Numbered from the stretch's first letter, positions 7,495-16,433 are shown. The stretch: 32,000 nucleotides of DNA from Acaryochloris marina MBIC11017 (GCF_000018105.1 NC_009925.1:4710001-4742000); one strand, 5' to 3'. Program-made: numbers and translations. Notes: generated by a model from the sequence alone, not told the origin.

Positions 7495-8589
7495 ATGGCA
7501 CGATCCCTGCGAGTCACCATCGACAACCTGCCGAAAGTGAAACTGGCTTTGCAACGAAACGGGTATCCCAGTCAAAAGGCCTTCGCCGCCGACATTGGCC
7601 CGTCCCTCTCCACCGTCAAGAATTTTCTGGGCGGTAAACCCATTGACTACGAAAACTTCCGCGAAATCTGCGATCAATTGGGGTTGGATTGGCAAGCGAT
7701 TGCCTACACAGAGTCCCCATCGGCACTGGATGCTCCACCTGCTGCCCTGAAAGCGTCACCGTTTATCACCGGGACACCCATTCACCATCCCCGTCATTTC
7801 TTTGGTCGAGAAAGACAGCTCAAACGCTGCTTTACCCTGCTCAAACACCATCCATTGCAGAATATGGCGATCATGGGTCCACGGCGGTCAGGTAAAACCT
7901 CGTTTCTCCGCTACCTAGAGACCATCCCCACGACTGCACCGGATCAACTGCGACCCCACCAAAAGCAGAATTGGTTGCCTCGTCCAGATCTCTACAACTG
8001 GATTTTCGTTGATTTTCAAAATGCCCGCATGTCCAGCCAGGATAAACTACTAGGCTATTTACTATCGGCCCTCAGTTTGCCAGTTCCCGATGCCCTGGAT
8101 TTAGATGGCTTTATGGATCGGGTCAGTGGTGCCGTCCATCAGCCCACCGTCATCCTGCTAGATGAGATTGGGGTGGGTTTGCAGCGATGTCCTGAGCTAG
8201 ACGATGCCTTTTGGGAAAGTCTTCGGTCTTTAGCCACAAATCAAACGGCGGGCAATTTGGCCTTTGTTATCTCTGCTCCAGAGACACCCATGGAACTGGC
8301 CCAACATAGCGGATTTAGCTCGCCCTTTTTCAATATCTTTGGCTATTCCACGACATTAGCCCCTTGGCAGCAGCAAGATACCTTAGATCTCATTGCAAGT
8401 TCACCGATTCCCTTTACGGACGCGGATCAAGCTTGGATTTGCCAGCAGAGTGGGGGCTGGCCGTTTTTGGCTCAAATTTTATGTTCTGAACGTTTGTTTG
8501 CCTTAGAAAATGACGAAACCGGGACAGCATGGCAAGTCGAAGGGTTGAAACAGATTGAACCCTATCGATATTTGTTGGATCAGAAATAA
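7495..8589 (+). CDS. HTH-domain protein fused to a STAND/AAA-like ATPase (AAA_35 / Arch_ATPase-like)
   Basis: N-terminal XRE-like HTH (QKAFAADIGPSLSTVKNFLGGKPIDYENFREICDQLGLDWQ), then FFGRERQL, Walker A GPRRSGKTSFL (GKT at 7891-7899), Walker B VILLDEIG and GGWPFLAQILC. Confidence 0.7.
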   Translation: MARSLRVTIDNLPKVKLALQRNGYPSQKAFAADIGPSLSTVKNFLGGKPIDYENFREICDQLGLDWQAIAYTESPSALDAPPAALKASPFITGTPIHHPRHFFGRERQLKRCFTLLKHHPLQNMAIMGPRRSGKTSFLRYLETIPTTAPDQLRPHQKQNWLPRPDLYNWIFVDFQNARMSSQDKLLGYLLSALSLPVPDALDLDGFMDRVSGAVHQPTVILLDEIGVGLQRCPELDDAFWESLRSLATNQTAGNLAFVISAPETPMELAQHSGFSSPFFNIFGYSTTLAPWQQQDTLDLIASSPIPFTDADQAWICQQSGGWPFLAQILCSERLFALENDETGTAWQVEGLKQIEPYRYLLDQK

Positions 8590-8591
8590 CG

Positions 8592-11405
8592 GTGTCGCGC
8601 TTACAGGGCTATACCCATGCTCCGCCCCTGCATCCCAACTTAGTTTTGGGGAGTTTGCATCTACTCTGTTGGTTCTTCTTCCATCCTTCGGCCTGGAAAC
8701 ATCACCTGCGCTCCATCAATCTGCGCCCTGATTTTTGTCTAGCGGAGATCAATTGGAGACAACCCCAGCCCTCAGCGCTCAAACGGTTGTTGATACAAGG
8801 GTATGTAATTCTGCCTCTGCTGGTTGGGGGTGTTGTTGGTCTGGGGCTATGGGGATTAAGTGTTTCTGGTGCTGATATGGCCTTTGGCATGGCAGTGGGC
8901 ATGGCTGCAAGTGTCGCTGGCAGCTTAGCTGGGGGAATGGTGGTGGGCGTCGCCGTTAGTTTGGCCAGCAGTTTTATCAGCGGGATTGTGGTGGGACTCC
9001 TATTTGGGGTCATGCTGGGAACAACCACCCTCGCCGAGCTGGGTTGGGGGTTGGGGTCAGCTGCAGCGAGTGTGGGGGTGTTGCAGAGCTTTATTCACCC
9101 GGTGTCCTTGGTGGGGATTAATGCCTCGAATGTGGCGGCTAGTGTAGCTGTGAGTTTGTCGCCTCGAAAAAGCGATCTCATTCCCGTATCGCAAAAACTA
9201 GGTGGTGCAGTGTTGGGGATTGTCCTGAGCCTCAGCGGTCTATGGGCGGTGGCCCAAGCAACAACGCAGCTTCTCCGGCCGGGTGCAATTCCACTTAACA
9301 CCGTCTCTTTTGCCCTTTTAGGGTTGGGAATGGGGTGCTTTTACGGTATTGCCCTGGGATGGCGAACGCAGCGATGGCGGATTGCAATCCCAATGTGCCT
9401 TGGTTTAGGAGCCTTCATTGGCACAGCAGTGGGACTGGGCTTAAACGTTAACAGTGCTGTGGTTCGGGGTATGGTGATTGGCGGTGGTAATGCCGCACTC
9501 TTAACCACCTTATTTGCTCTGCCCTATGTGCTGACGGAATCCATCGCTGGTCCTTGGATTGCCGCAATTGTGGGCACCATTGGCAGCGGCGGCGTGTATA
9601 TCATTTTTGCCAGTCTGATTGGTGGGCTATCCCTGCAACTGACGTTACCGATAAGCCTGGTTTGCATCGCTTTGGGATTAACGATGGCCCAGTGGCGACC
9701 TATTTTGCTATATCCCGTACAAATCTTGTGGAATCAGTGTCTGTATCGCCTCGATACCCAAAGAACGGAGCATCAATCTAGCGTCCTACGATGGCATACG
9801 GTGTTCTGGGATGAGTTTCAATATCTGCCGTTAGTCGGGCTAGATCAGCATTTAGTCCTGGCTCTGGAGAGTTGGGCACAAGAGGGACAAGCGGCCATCG
9901 ACTTTATTGATCGCACACCGCAACGATGGGCGGCTCACCAGGCTCAAGTGGAGCTGAATATTCGTAAGTTAGAGCAATGCAGAACAATCGCAGATATCTG
10001 CCAGGTTCAGAAGACGATTCTGGGTGAAGCAACGGAGGAGAGTCATCTATTCCGTATCTGTCAGCAGATCAGTTTGGATGTGGATGCCGCCCTACAGCAA
10101 AGGAGTTCCTACAATCAGCGGTTGGCTCTGAGCGCGGTCTTGGAACGATTGGATACTCAACGGCAGGTGATACGAGGGGATGCGGTCTATGTCCCGCGGC
10201 CAGCAAATAACGACTATCGCATCGCCGGATTCCGCACTATTTTTCAGGCCTGGCATCAGATCATTGCCCAACAGATTGAAACCCTCCAAACCGAGACGGA
10301 CCAGAACCAAGAAATTGACTCGCCCTACATTATCGGTATCCCTTTAACTGGGCAACAGGCGCTGTTTGTTGGTCGGACGGATATTAGCCAGCGAATTGAA
10401 CAGCTCGTGCGCGATGATCGCAGTCCGGCTTTGTTGCTGTACGGGCAGCGACGCATGGGCAAAACGTCATTGCTCAATAATTTAGGGCGTTTGCTCCCCC
10501 AGACGATTATTCCCTTATTTGTGGATTTGCAAGGGTCAGCATCACGGGCTCAGGATCACACGGGCTTTTTATATAACCTAGCCAAAGCCATGTCAGCCGC
10601 TGCAAAACAGTATCGAGGCGTTCAATTTCCCCCTTTGGAACGAAGCGATTTGGCGGTTGATCCTTTTACCCAGTTTGAAGAATGGCTAGATGAAGTAGGG
10701 GTGCTGTTGGGCAATCGGACGGCATTGCTAGCTCTAGATGAGTTTGAAGTTTTAGTGGGTGCCTTTGAGCAGGGAAGATTTGACGAATCTGCCATTTTGG
10801 GAATGCTACGTCATCTCATTCAGCATCGCCCTCAGTTTAAGGTATTGCTCTCGGGCACTCATACTCTGGAAGCATTCAAAAGTTGGGCTAGCTATTTGAT
10901 TAATCTGCAAGTGGTTCCAGTCAGCTATTTGACGGAACCAGAAGCGCTGCAGCTGATCACAAATCCCATCCCTGAATTTGAGTTGCAATACGAGCCTGAT
11001 GCGGTACAGCGGGTGATAGCACTAACCCACTGCCATCCTTTTTTGATCCAACTGCTTTGTGCTGAAATTATTGCCCTGAAAAATGAGCAGGGCATCACGA
11101 TCCGCCGATGGGCAACCTTGGCAGATGTGGAAGCAGCGGTTCCCCAAGCTTTGACCAGTGCCAGTTTCTTCTTTACCGATATTGAGCAAAATCAAGTCAG
11201 TGTAGACGAATTAGCAATTCTGAAATATATGGCAGCTCGGGGAGAAGGGAATGCTATTACCGCTAGCGACTTAAACCAATATCTAAATAAACCAGTAGAT
11301 AGCCTAATGCGTCACTTGAGACAGCAAGACCTCATTCAATCTGTAGATGGAGGGTATTGCTTTCAGGTGGAGTTGATTCGGCGGTGGTTTGCAAAGGTCT
11401 CTTAG
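8592..11405 (+). CDS. multi-pass membrane protein fused to a STAND/AAA-like ATPase paralogous to ORF 7495..8589
   Basis: GTG start 2 nt after the upstream TAA. Residues ~60-390 form many Gly/Ala/Val-rich hydrophobic segments. These are followed by a helical middle region, FVGRTDIS, Walker A GQRRMGKTSLL (10455-10469), Walker B LALDEFE, HCHPFLIQLLC and a C-terminal wHTH-like tail. Confidence 0.7.
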   Translation: MSRLQGYTHAPPLHPNLVLGSLHLLCWFFFHPSAWKHHLRSINLRPDFCLAEINWRQPQPSALKRLLIQGYVILPLLVGGVVGLGLWGLSVSGADMAFGMAVGMAASVAGSLAGGMVVGVAVSLASSFISGIVVGLLFGVMLGTTTLAELGWGLGSAAASVGVLQSFIHPVSLVGINASNVAASVAVSLSPRKSDLIPVSQKLGGAVLGIVLSLSGLWAVAQATTQLLRPGAIPLNTVSFALLGLGMGCFYGIALGWRTQRWRIAIPMCLGLGAFIGTAVGLGLNVNSAVVRGMVIGGGNAALLTTLFALPYVLTESIAGPWIAAIVGTIGSGGVYIIFASLIGGLSLQLTLPISLVCIALGLTMAQWRPILLYPVQILWNQCLYRLDTQRTEHQSSVLRWHTVFWDEFQYLPLVGLDQHLVLALESWAQEGQAAIDFIDRTPQRWAAHQAQVELNIRKLEQCRTIADICQVQKTILGEATEESHLFRICQQISLDVDAALQQRSSYNQRLALSAVLERLDTQRQVIRGDAVYVPRPANNDYRIAGFRTIFQAWHQIIAQQIETLQTETDQNQEIDSPYIIGIPLTGQQALFVGRTDISQRIEQLVRDDRSPALLLYGQRRMGKTSLLNNLGRLLPQTIIPLFVDLQGSASRAQDHTGFLYNLAKAMSAAAKQYRGVQFPPLERSDLAVDPFTQFEEWLDEVGVLLGNRTALLALDEFEVLVGAFEQGRFDESAILGMLRHLIQHRPQFKVLLSGTHTLEAFKSWASYLINLQVVPVSYLTEPEALQLITNPIPEFELQYEPDAVQRVIALTHCHPFLIQLLCAEIIALKNEQGITIRRWATLADVEAAVPQALTSASFFFTDIEQNQVSVDELAILKYMAARGEGNAITASDLNQYLNKPVDSLMRHLRQQDLIQSVDGGYCFQVELIRRWFAKVS

Positions 11406-11426
11406 ACCTAGCTAGTTCGATCTGAG

Positions 11427-13265
11427 CTAAGTCGAGGGATTAGAAGGAGGGAAATACCCTCTGGGGGTAATCATCCAATCCTGGTGAAACCGAGTGGTGG
11501 CATTGCCGATAATCACGGTGCTGAGCATATCTACGGGCAGCGTATCCAGCTCTGATAGCGTTCCCAGATGAGTGGTTTGGTCTGGACGATAGACCGATCT
11601 CACCACGGCTACGGGGGTTTGTGGATCTCGATGTTGCAAACAGATTTGCTGGGCTTTGAGTAGATGTTCGATGCGTTTTTGCGATCGCGGATTGTACAGA
11701 GCCATGACAAAATCAGCAGCAGCGGCAGCCTCTAGGCGCTTTTCAATCACGGACCAAGGGGTGAGCAAATCACTGAGGCTAATGGCGCAAAAGTCATGCA
11801 TAAGGGGCGTACCCACTTGAGAAGCAGCTGCTTGCAGAGCAGAAATTCCGGGAAAAATTTGGACGACTGGGGTCTGCCCATCCCAACCATTCTGCTGTAG
11901 TGCTTCCATCACTAAACCGGCCATGCCATAAATACCAGCATCACCCGAAGAAATCACGGCAACAGTCAGGCCCCACTGAGCTAAATCGATGGCCCGTTGG
12001 GCGCGTTGGCGTTCTTGGGTAATGGGGGACGGTTCAATGATTTGACCAGGACGAAACTGCGATCGCACCAAGTCCACATAGAGGGTATAGCCAATCACCA
12101 CATCTGCTTGGGTAATGGCCGTTTTGGATGCAGGAGTCATTTGGTCCAGGTCACCAGGTCCCGTTCCTACTAGAAGCAGTTGCCCCCTACGCCCGGTATA
12201 TTCTTGTTCAGCTTGAGCAATGGCAATGGTGACCGCTCCAGGTTGTGCCGGGTCTTTGAAGATTTGCTTGGTTGCCAGGAGGGTGAATTGCTGGGCAGCT
12301 TTAAGGGCAGCGGCTTCAGCCACGCTGGGGGTGCCCACTTCAGCCTTAACGACATCGGAAGGGGTGGGGACTGCTACGGCTTTTAAGTCTTCAGGGGAGT
12401 AGCATTTTAGAGGCCAGTTAGCCTGTTGGCAGAGATCCACTAACCCGACTTCATCGGCTTTCAGGTCTAGGGTGGCAACCCCAGCAATGGCTTCCCAAGC
12501 CAGTTGATGTTGTTCACAGACTTGTCGCAGGGCCTGTTCCATTAGCTGTCGGGAGGTGCCTCGCTCGCAGCCCATGCCAACCCAGAGAACGCGGGGATGC
12601 CATTGGACGCTGGATTGTTTTGGGGATAGGACTTTGGGGCTGATCCAAATTTGGGGCGCTTCAGTATCGCTAACGAATTGATAGGTGTGAGATGGGGGTA
12701 AATGAGCTTGCCATAGTTCGGAACCAGCGGCTTGGTGGACAGTGACAGTTTCACCTCGGGCAATGGCTCCAGCGATAGCGTTCCAATCACCAGCCCCTCG
12801 TTGCCAGCCGAAGGGGATGCCGAGGGTATCAATGCTAGGCAAGTTAGCGGCATTACTGGCCCCGGTGAGGATAGGGGTGGCCCCGATTTGTTGGGCGAGG
12901 AGTTGGGTAAGTTGATCCGCTCTCCCCAGGTGACCACTGCAGAGGCTGAGCACGAATTGGCCGGGTTCATCAAGGACGACAACGGCAGGATCTTGGGATT
13001 TGTCGGTTAGGAGGGGGGCGATTAGGCGGACGACGGCTCCGGTTGCAAGGCAACAGATCAGACCCTGATGGTCGTTCCACAAGGTTTGGAGATGGTCTTT
13101 GAGGGAGCCGCTATAGGCTTGGGTGTGAGGTAGGTGGGAGAGGGAGGCAGGGACCCAAAGGGTGGCTCCGGTTTGTTGACAGAGGGGATGGAGGGTGTGG
13201 ACGGCGTTGGGGGTGGTGGCGATGGCGGCTAAAGGCTGGAAGGTTTGAAACAAACGTTGACTCAA
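11427..13265 (-). CDS. cobJ: bifunctional CbiG (cobalt-precorrin-5A hydrolase)-like / precorrin-3B C17-methyltransferase (CobJ/CbiH) fusion
   Basis: The N-terminal two thirds are CbiG-like (VVVLDEPGQFVLSLCSGHLG, LWVGMGCERG). The C-terminal part is a tetrapyrrole methylase (LLLVGTGPGDLDQMT, VISSGDAGIYGMAG). The start is TTG. Confidence 0.85.
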   Translation of the reverse strand: MSQRLFQTFQPLAAIATTPNAVHTLHPLCQQTGATLWVPASLSHLPHTQAYSGSLKDHLQTLWNDHQGLICCLATGAVVRLIAPLLTDKSQDPAVVVLDEPGQFVLSLCSGHLGRADQLTQLLAQQIGATPILTGASNAANLPSIDTLGIPFGWQRGAGDWNAIAGAIARGETVTVHQAAGSELWQAHLPPSHTYQFVSDTEAPQIWISPKVLSPKQSSVQWHPRVLWVGMGCERGTSRQLMEQALRQVCEQHQLAWEAIAGVATLDLKADEVGLVDLCQQANWPLKCYSPEDLKAVAVPTPSDVVKAEVGTPSVAEAAALKAAQQFTLLATKQIFKDPAQPGAVTIAIAQAEQEYTGRRGQLLLVGTGPGDLDQMTPASKTAITQADVVIGYTLYVDLVRSQFRPGQIIEPSPITQERQRAQRAIDLAQWGLTVAVISSGDAGIYGMAGLVMEALQQNGWDGQTPVVQIFPGISALQAAASQVGTPLMHDFCAISLSDLLTPWSVIEKRLEAAAAADFVMALYNPRSQKRIEHLLKAQQICLQHRDPQTPVAVVRSVYRPDQTTHLGTLSELDTLPVDMLSTVIIGNATTRFHQDWMITPRGYFPPSNPST

Positions 13266-13552
13266 GTGGAATGCCTGTAGGTGGAAGTATAGGAGAAGTC
13301 TACTATGGCCAATAGAGAAAACTGTTTACTTAACGCAGTTTCAGAATGGCCGAATTGTTTTGGGATATTGGAATACATCCAAGAGGAATGCTCATTGTCA
13401 AATCTTGGGGGCTGAATATGCGGACGATAGCGTTCTGCTAATTTATCGAATTGCACCACAGCTCTGGAAACGATTTTCAACCTCTCTAAACTGGGTACTT
13501 TGGGTGGAAGGGCACGCTTGCTACTTGTCCAGTCCTAAATCGAGCCATCCCA

Positions 13553-14260
13553 ATGCTCATAGCCTTTATAAATTTCACCTTCCACTTACTCCTGGGGCTG
13601 TTTGTGATACTGATGGGTGGAGGAGCTTGCTATATCGGATTCCGAGGCTTAAAACTCACCATCTTTGCCCCCAGCTACCATCCTCGACGTAAAGGCCGAA
13701 TGATGGCTAAAGGCAAAGCCTGCGCAACCCATCCCAATGAAGTGCAAACGACACCCATCAGCCAAACCGCTTGTATCGCCTATGAATTTTTTATACTAGA
13801 GCCACGCAATAATACAAAGGAGGGTGACTCATTCGCCTTCCTACATCGTCAATCTCGGGGACGGTGGAATCTGAGTGTGCAGACATCCAGAGGGCAAGTA
13901 CAGGTCAAACCAACCGAATTAGAGCTAGATCATATTCATTTTGAAGATCGCCAAGATTTATGGAGTGAATTTACAGAATCCCGATCCGTATCTTTACTAG
14001 CCGAACAAAAAATCACATTAAAGCACAAACTAACAGGTACCCGTCGAACCCTAATTTTGAGAGAAAAGGTCATTCGCAACGGGGATGTTATTCGAGTCTT
14101 GGGTCGCCAAAAGCACAGCAATCAGTTGCCCTTACTAGAAGATGCCATTGTCACAGACAAACCCATAAGCAGAGTGATTTTAGAATCTTCTCTCGCTCTT
14201 CTGGCAGGCTTATTTGTGCTTGGGGTTGGCATTAGCCTCATTAACCATGCATTTCGTTAA
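13553..14260 (+). CDS. hypothetical membrane protein with N- and C-terminal TM helices (GIDE-domain-like pattern)
   Basis: 235-aa ORF with hydrophobic N-terminus FHLLLGLFVILMGGGACYIGF and C-terminus LALLAGLFVLGVGISLI. The segment GKACATHPNEVQTTPISQTACIAYEF resembles the GIDE family core. The family call is weak. Confidence 0.4.
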   Translation: MLIAFINFTFHLLLGLFVILMGGGACYIGFRGLKLTIFAPSYHPRRKGRMMAKGKACATHPNEVQTTPISQTACIAYEFFILEPRNNTKEGDSFAFLHRQSRGRWNLSVQTSRGQVQVKPTELELDHIHFEDRQDLWSEFTESRSVSLLAEQKITLKHKLTGTRRTLILREKVIRNGDVIRVLGRQKHSNQLPLLEDAIVTDKPISRVILESSLALLAGLFVLGVGISLINHAFR

Positions 14261-14570
14261 AGGATGGCACAATTACTCAGCCTAATTTCATCGCTAGCAG
14301 TGATAAACGAGACCTCAAGACGGACCCATTTCGAGAGTCAGAGATAGGAGTATCGCAAACAGAATTTGCCTCTATGTCCTAATCATGCGGTTTTGCCTGG
14401 GACATAATCCCAATAAGAATAGTCCATGTTTTTGGCTGACTGCATCCTTACTGTAGGCTAGCCTTGTCATGCAATCGTTATCGGGAGTTCAGGAGCAATT
14501 TAGATCACTGCGACGTAAAGGATTTCATATTAGAGATCACTTATCCCTCCAGCTATTACTCGATTCTTGA

Positions 14571-15044
14571 ATGCCCCATCGCCCCTTTCAATTGAGTCAA
14601 AGGATTGCTTCCGTTCCAGTGGCGACTAGTGTGGGCTTCTTGTTGGGACCCTTTCTGCTCGGTATTTTGATTAATCTATTTCTGAACAAACTTTTGGGGC
14701 CAGCCGTTTTGCCCTATCCCAGTGCTGAGAAAGTAGGAACTGATTATCTATCAGCCATCATTGCCAGAAATAAGAACTATATTCCTCAACACGATTCTTG
14801 CACCCACACCGCTTTAATCAACGACATTAATCAATATGGCGGGGCAAAGATTAAAGATATTTCAGTACAATCTGAGTGGCGATCTGGCAATAGTGATCAC
14901 ACCTTCGAAATCACCACCATCCGCTTTAGCTACCACCAACAGGAAGGAGCTTGGCAACCCGGTGAAATCACTGTAATGACCGCATCCAATTTGCTAGAAC
15001 CCCCGCTCCTTCCTTTTCGCAAAATCATTTGCAGTGGGAGTTAA
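14571..15044 (+). CDS. hypothetical protein with one N-terminal TM helix
   Basis: 157-aa ORF with hydrophobic stretch VGFLLGPFLLGILINLFL. No recognisable motif. Confidence 0.4.
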   Translation: MPHRPFQLSQRIASVPVATSVGFLLGPFLLGILINLFLNKLLGPAVLPYPSAEKVGTDYLSAIIARNKNYIPQHDSCTHTALINDINQYGGAKIKDISVQSEWRSGNSDHTFEITTIRFSYHQQEGAWQPGEITVMTASNLLEPPLLPFRKIICSGS

Positions 15045-15234
15045 TGCTAATCCACAGCCCCTAGTACTTCATCGCAAACGTTTATCCAGCCCCAAAACAA
15101 AGCGATAGGGAAGTCCTCCCTGGCGCTTAGATATTGAAGTTGGGCATAGGTCAAGGCCTCTAGCTAACAAATGATCCCTTTGACCGGAAACCATTACTAT
15201 TTTAAAGAGCCCAGTCATTGTTACTGATATTCCT

Positions 15235-15879
15235 ATGACTCAATCGGCCTCTTCCACCTCACCATCAACTGACTCGCAACTCACTGCAGAGCAGCATCAG
15301 CAGAAAATGCAGCGCCGCAAACAGGTGCAGGATCAGCGGGTCGCCGAGCGATCGCACGAGAAAGGCTTAGTCATTATCCATACGGGAAACGGTAAAGGCA
15401 AAACCACTGCCGCCTTGGGTATGGTCATGAGATCCCTGGGACATGGGTATAAAGTCGCCATTGTTCAGTTCATCAAAGGAGCATGGGAACCGGCTGAAAA
15501 AGCCGTCTTAGGAAACTGGCCCGATCAGCTTGTGTTTCATGCCATGGGCGAAGGATTTACCTGGGAGACTCAAGACCGCGAGCGCGACACCGCCAAAGCT
15601 CAAGCCGCCTGGGAGCAAGCCCTGGCTTATATTCAGAATCCTGACTATCGTCTAGTGCTCTTGGATGAGGTCAATATTGCCCTTAAGCATGGCTATTTGG
15701 ACGTCACCACCGTAAACGCCGGATTGCAGTCCAAGCCTGCCGACACCCACGTCATCCTCACCGGGCGAGGAGCCCCCAAAGAATTAATCGATCAGGCCGA
15801 TTTAGTCACTGAGATGACCCTGGTCAAACATCCTTTCCGTGAACAAGGCGTGAAAGCCCAACCTGGTATCGAATTTTAG
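15235..15879 (+). CDS. cobO: cob(I)yrinic acid a,c-diamide adenosyltransferase
   Basis: IIHTGNGKGKTTAALG P-loop, VQFIKG, VLLDEVN and VILTGR are typical of CobO/BtuR. Confidence 0.9.
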   Translation: MTQSASSTSPSTDSQLTAEQHQQKMQRRKQVQDQRVAERSHEKGLVIIHTGNGKGKTTAALGMVMRSLGHGYKVAIVQFIKGAWEPAEKAVLGNWPDQLVFHAMGEGFTWETQDRERDTAKAQAAWEQALAYIQNPDYRLVLLDEVNIALKHGYLDVTTVNAGLQSKPADTHVILTGRGAPKELIDQADLVTEMTLVKHPFREQGVKAQPGIEF

Positions 15880-15889
15880 GAGGATCTTA

Positions 15890-16414
15890 ATGGTACGGAC
15901 AGTGGAACGGCCCACCCAATCGGTGGAGTTCGTCAAACAACCTCGTCCCTGGCGCAGCATCATTGCCGACGTCATCTTAGTGGGATTAGTGTCTGGCCCA
16001 CTGGCCGCTCCCTTCCTAGCATCCACAGGGTTACCCATCCTGCCTCAGATCGCCAGCATCATCTACTTTATGGGCGATCATGTTTGTCCCCAACCCGAAA
16101 TGGGATTAGCATTAATGCCCCCTTATTTAATGGCTGTCTGTATGCGCTGTTTCGGCACCCTGATGGGACTAGTAACCATGCGTTATTTGTTTTCCGTCAA
16201 TCAAGGCCAAGCGCCCTATTGGCTCAATCGCTATGGTTTGCCCGGTTTGGTTCTGACCATTGGTCTCTGTTTAGTCTATCCCTTTGAACTCTATGCCCAG
16301 TCTTGGGGGTGGTGGGAATACAACAACTTTGTGGTTACACTTTTTGGTTTAGTTTCGGGGCTAGGACTAGGGGCCTACATCATGCCGCCCCTCCATCGTG
16401 CTCCTCGCACCTAA
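15890..16414 (+). CDS. DUF2085 family membrane protein
   Basis: Conserved GDHVCPQ and CMRCFG motifs with several TM segments. Confidence 0.7.
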   Translation: MVRTVERPTQSVEFVKQPRPWRSIIADVILVGLVSGPLAAPFLASTGLPILPQIASIIYFMGDHVCPQPEMGLALMPPYLMAVCMRCFGTLMGLVTMRYLFSVNQGQAPYWLNRYGLPGLVLTIGLCLVYPFELYAQSWGWWEYNNFVVTLFGLVSGLGLGAYIMPPLHRAPRT

Positions 16415-16433
16415 TCCCAACCTTCTGCTGACA

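Noticed and set aside
8702-9301. Minus-strand P/T-rich ORFs 8702..9028 and 9095..9301
   Set aside because: They are the antisense reading of the Gly/Ala/Val-rich membrane domain (GGN/GCN/GTN codons give P/T/A-rich mirror frames). They are not independent genes.
12170-13010. Alternative-frame ORFs within cbiG/cobJ (12542..12982 minus, 12732..13010 plus, and others)
   Set aside because: They are embedded in a well-supported 612-aa CDS and their translations are low complexity.
15045-15234. Possible cobalamin riboswitch upstream of cobO (and, on the minus strand, 13266..13552 upstream of cbiG/cobJ)
   Set aside because: I looked for the B12-box core (GCCACTG, or CAGTGGC on the other strand) and the usual GGGAA...GGTG elements and found none. 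The cobO leader is also too short. A covariance-model scan would be definitive.
16398-16433. Track start (GTG 16398) of the substrate-binding protein, overlapping DUF2085
   Set aside because: The ATG at 16434 gives a normal signal peptide (positively charged N-region, hydrophobic core, AQA cleavage site) and removes the 17-nt overlap.
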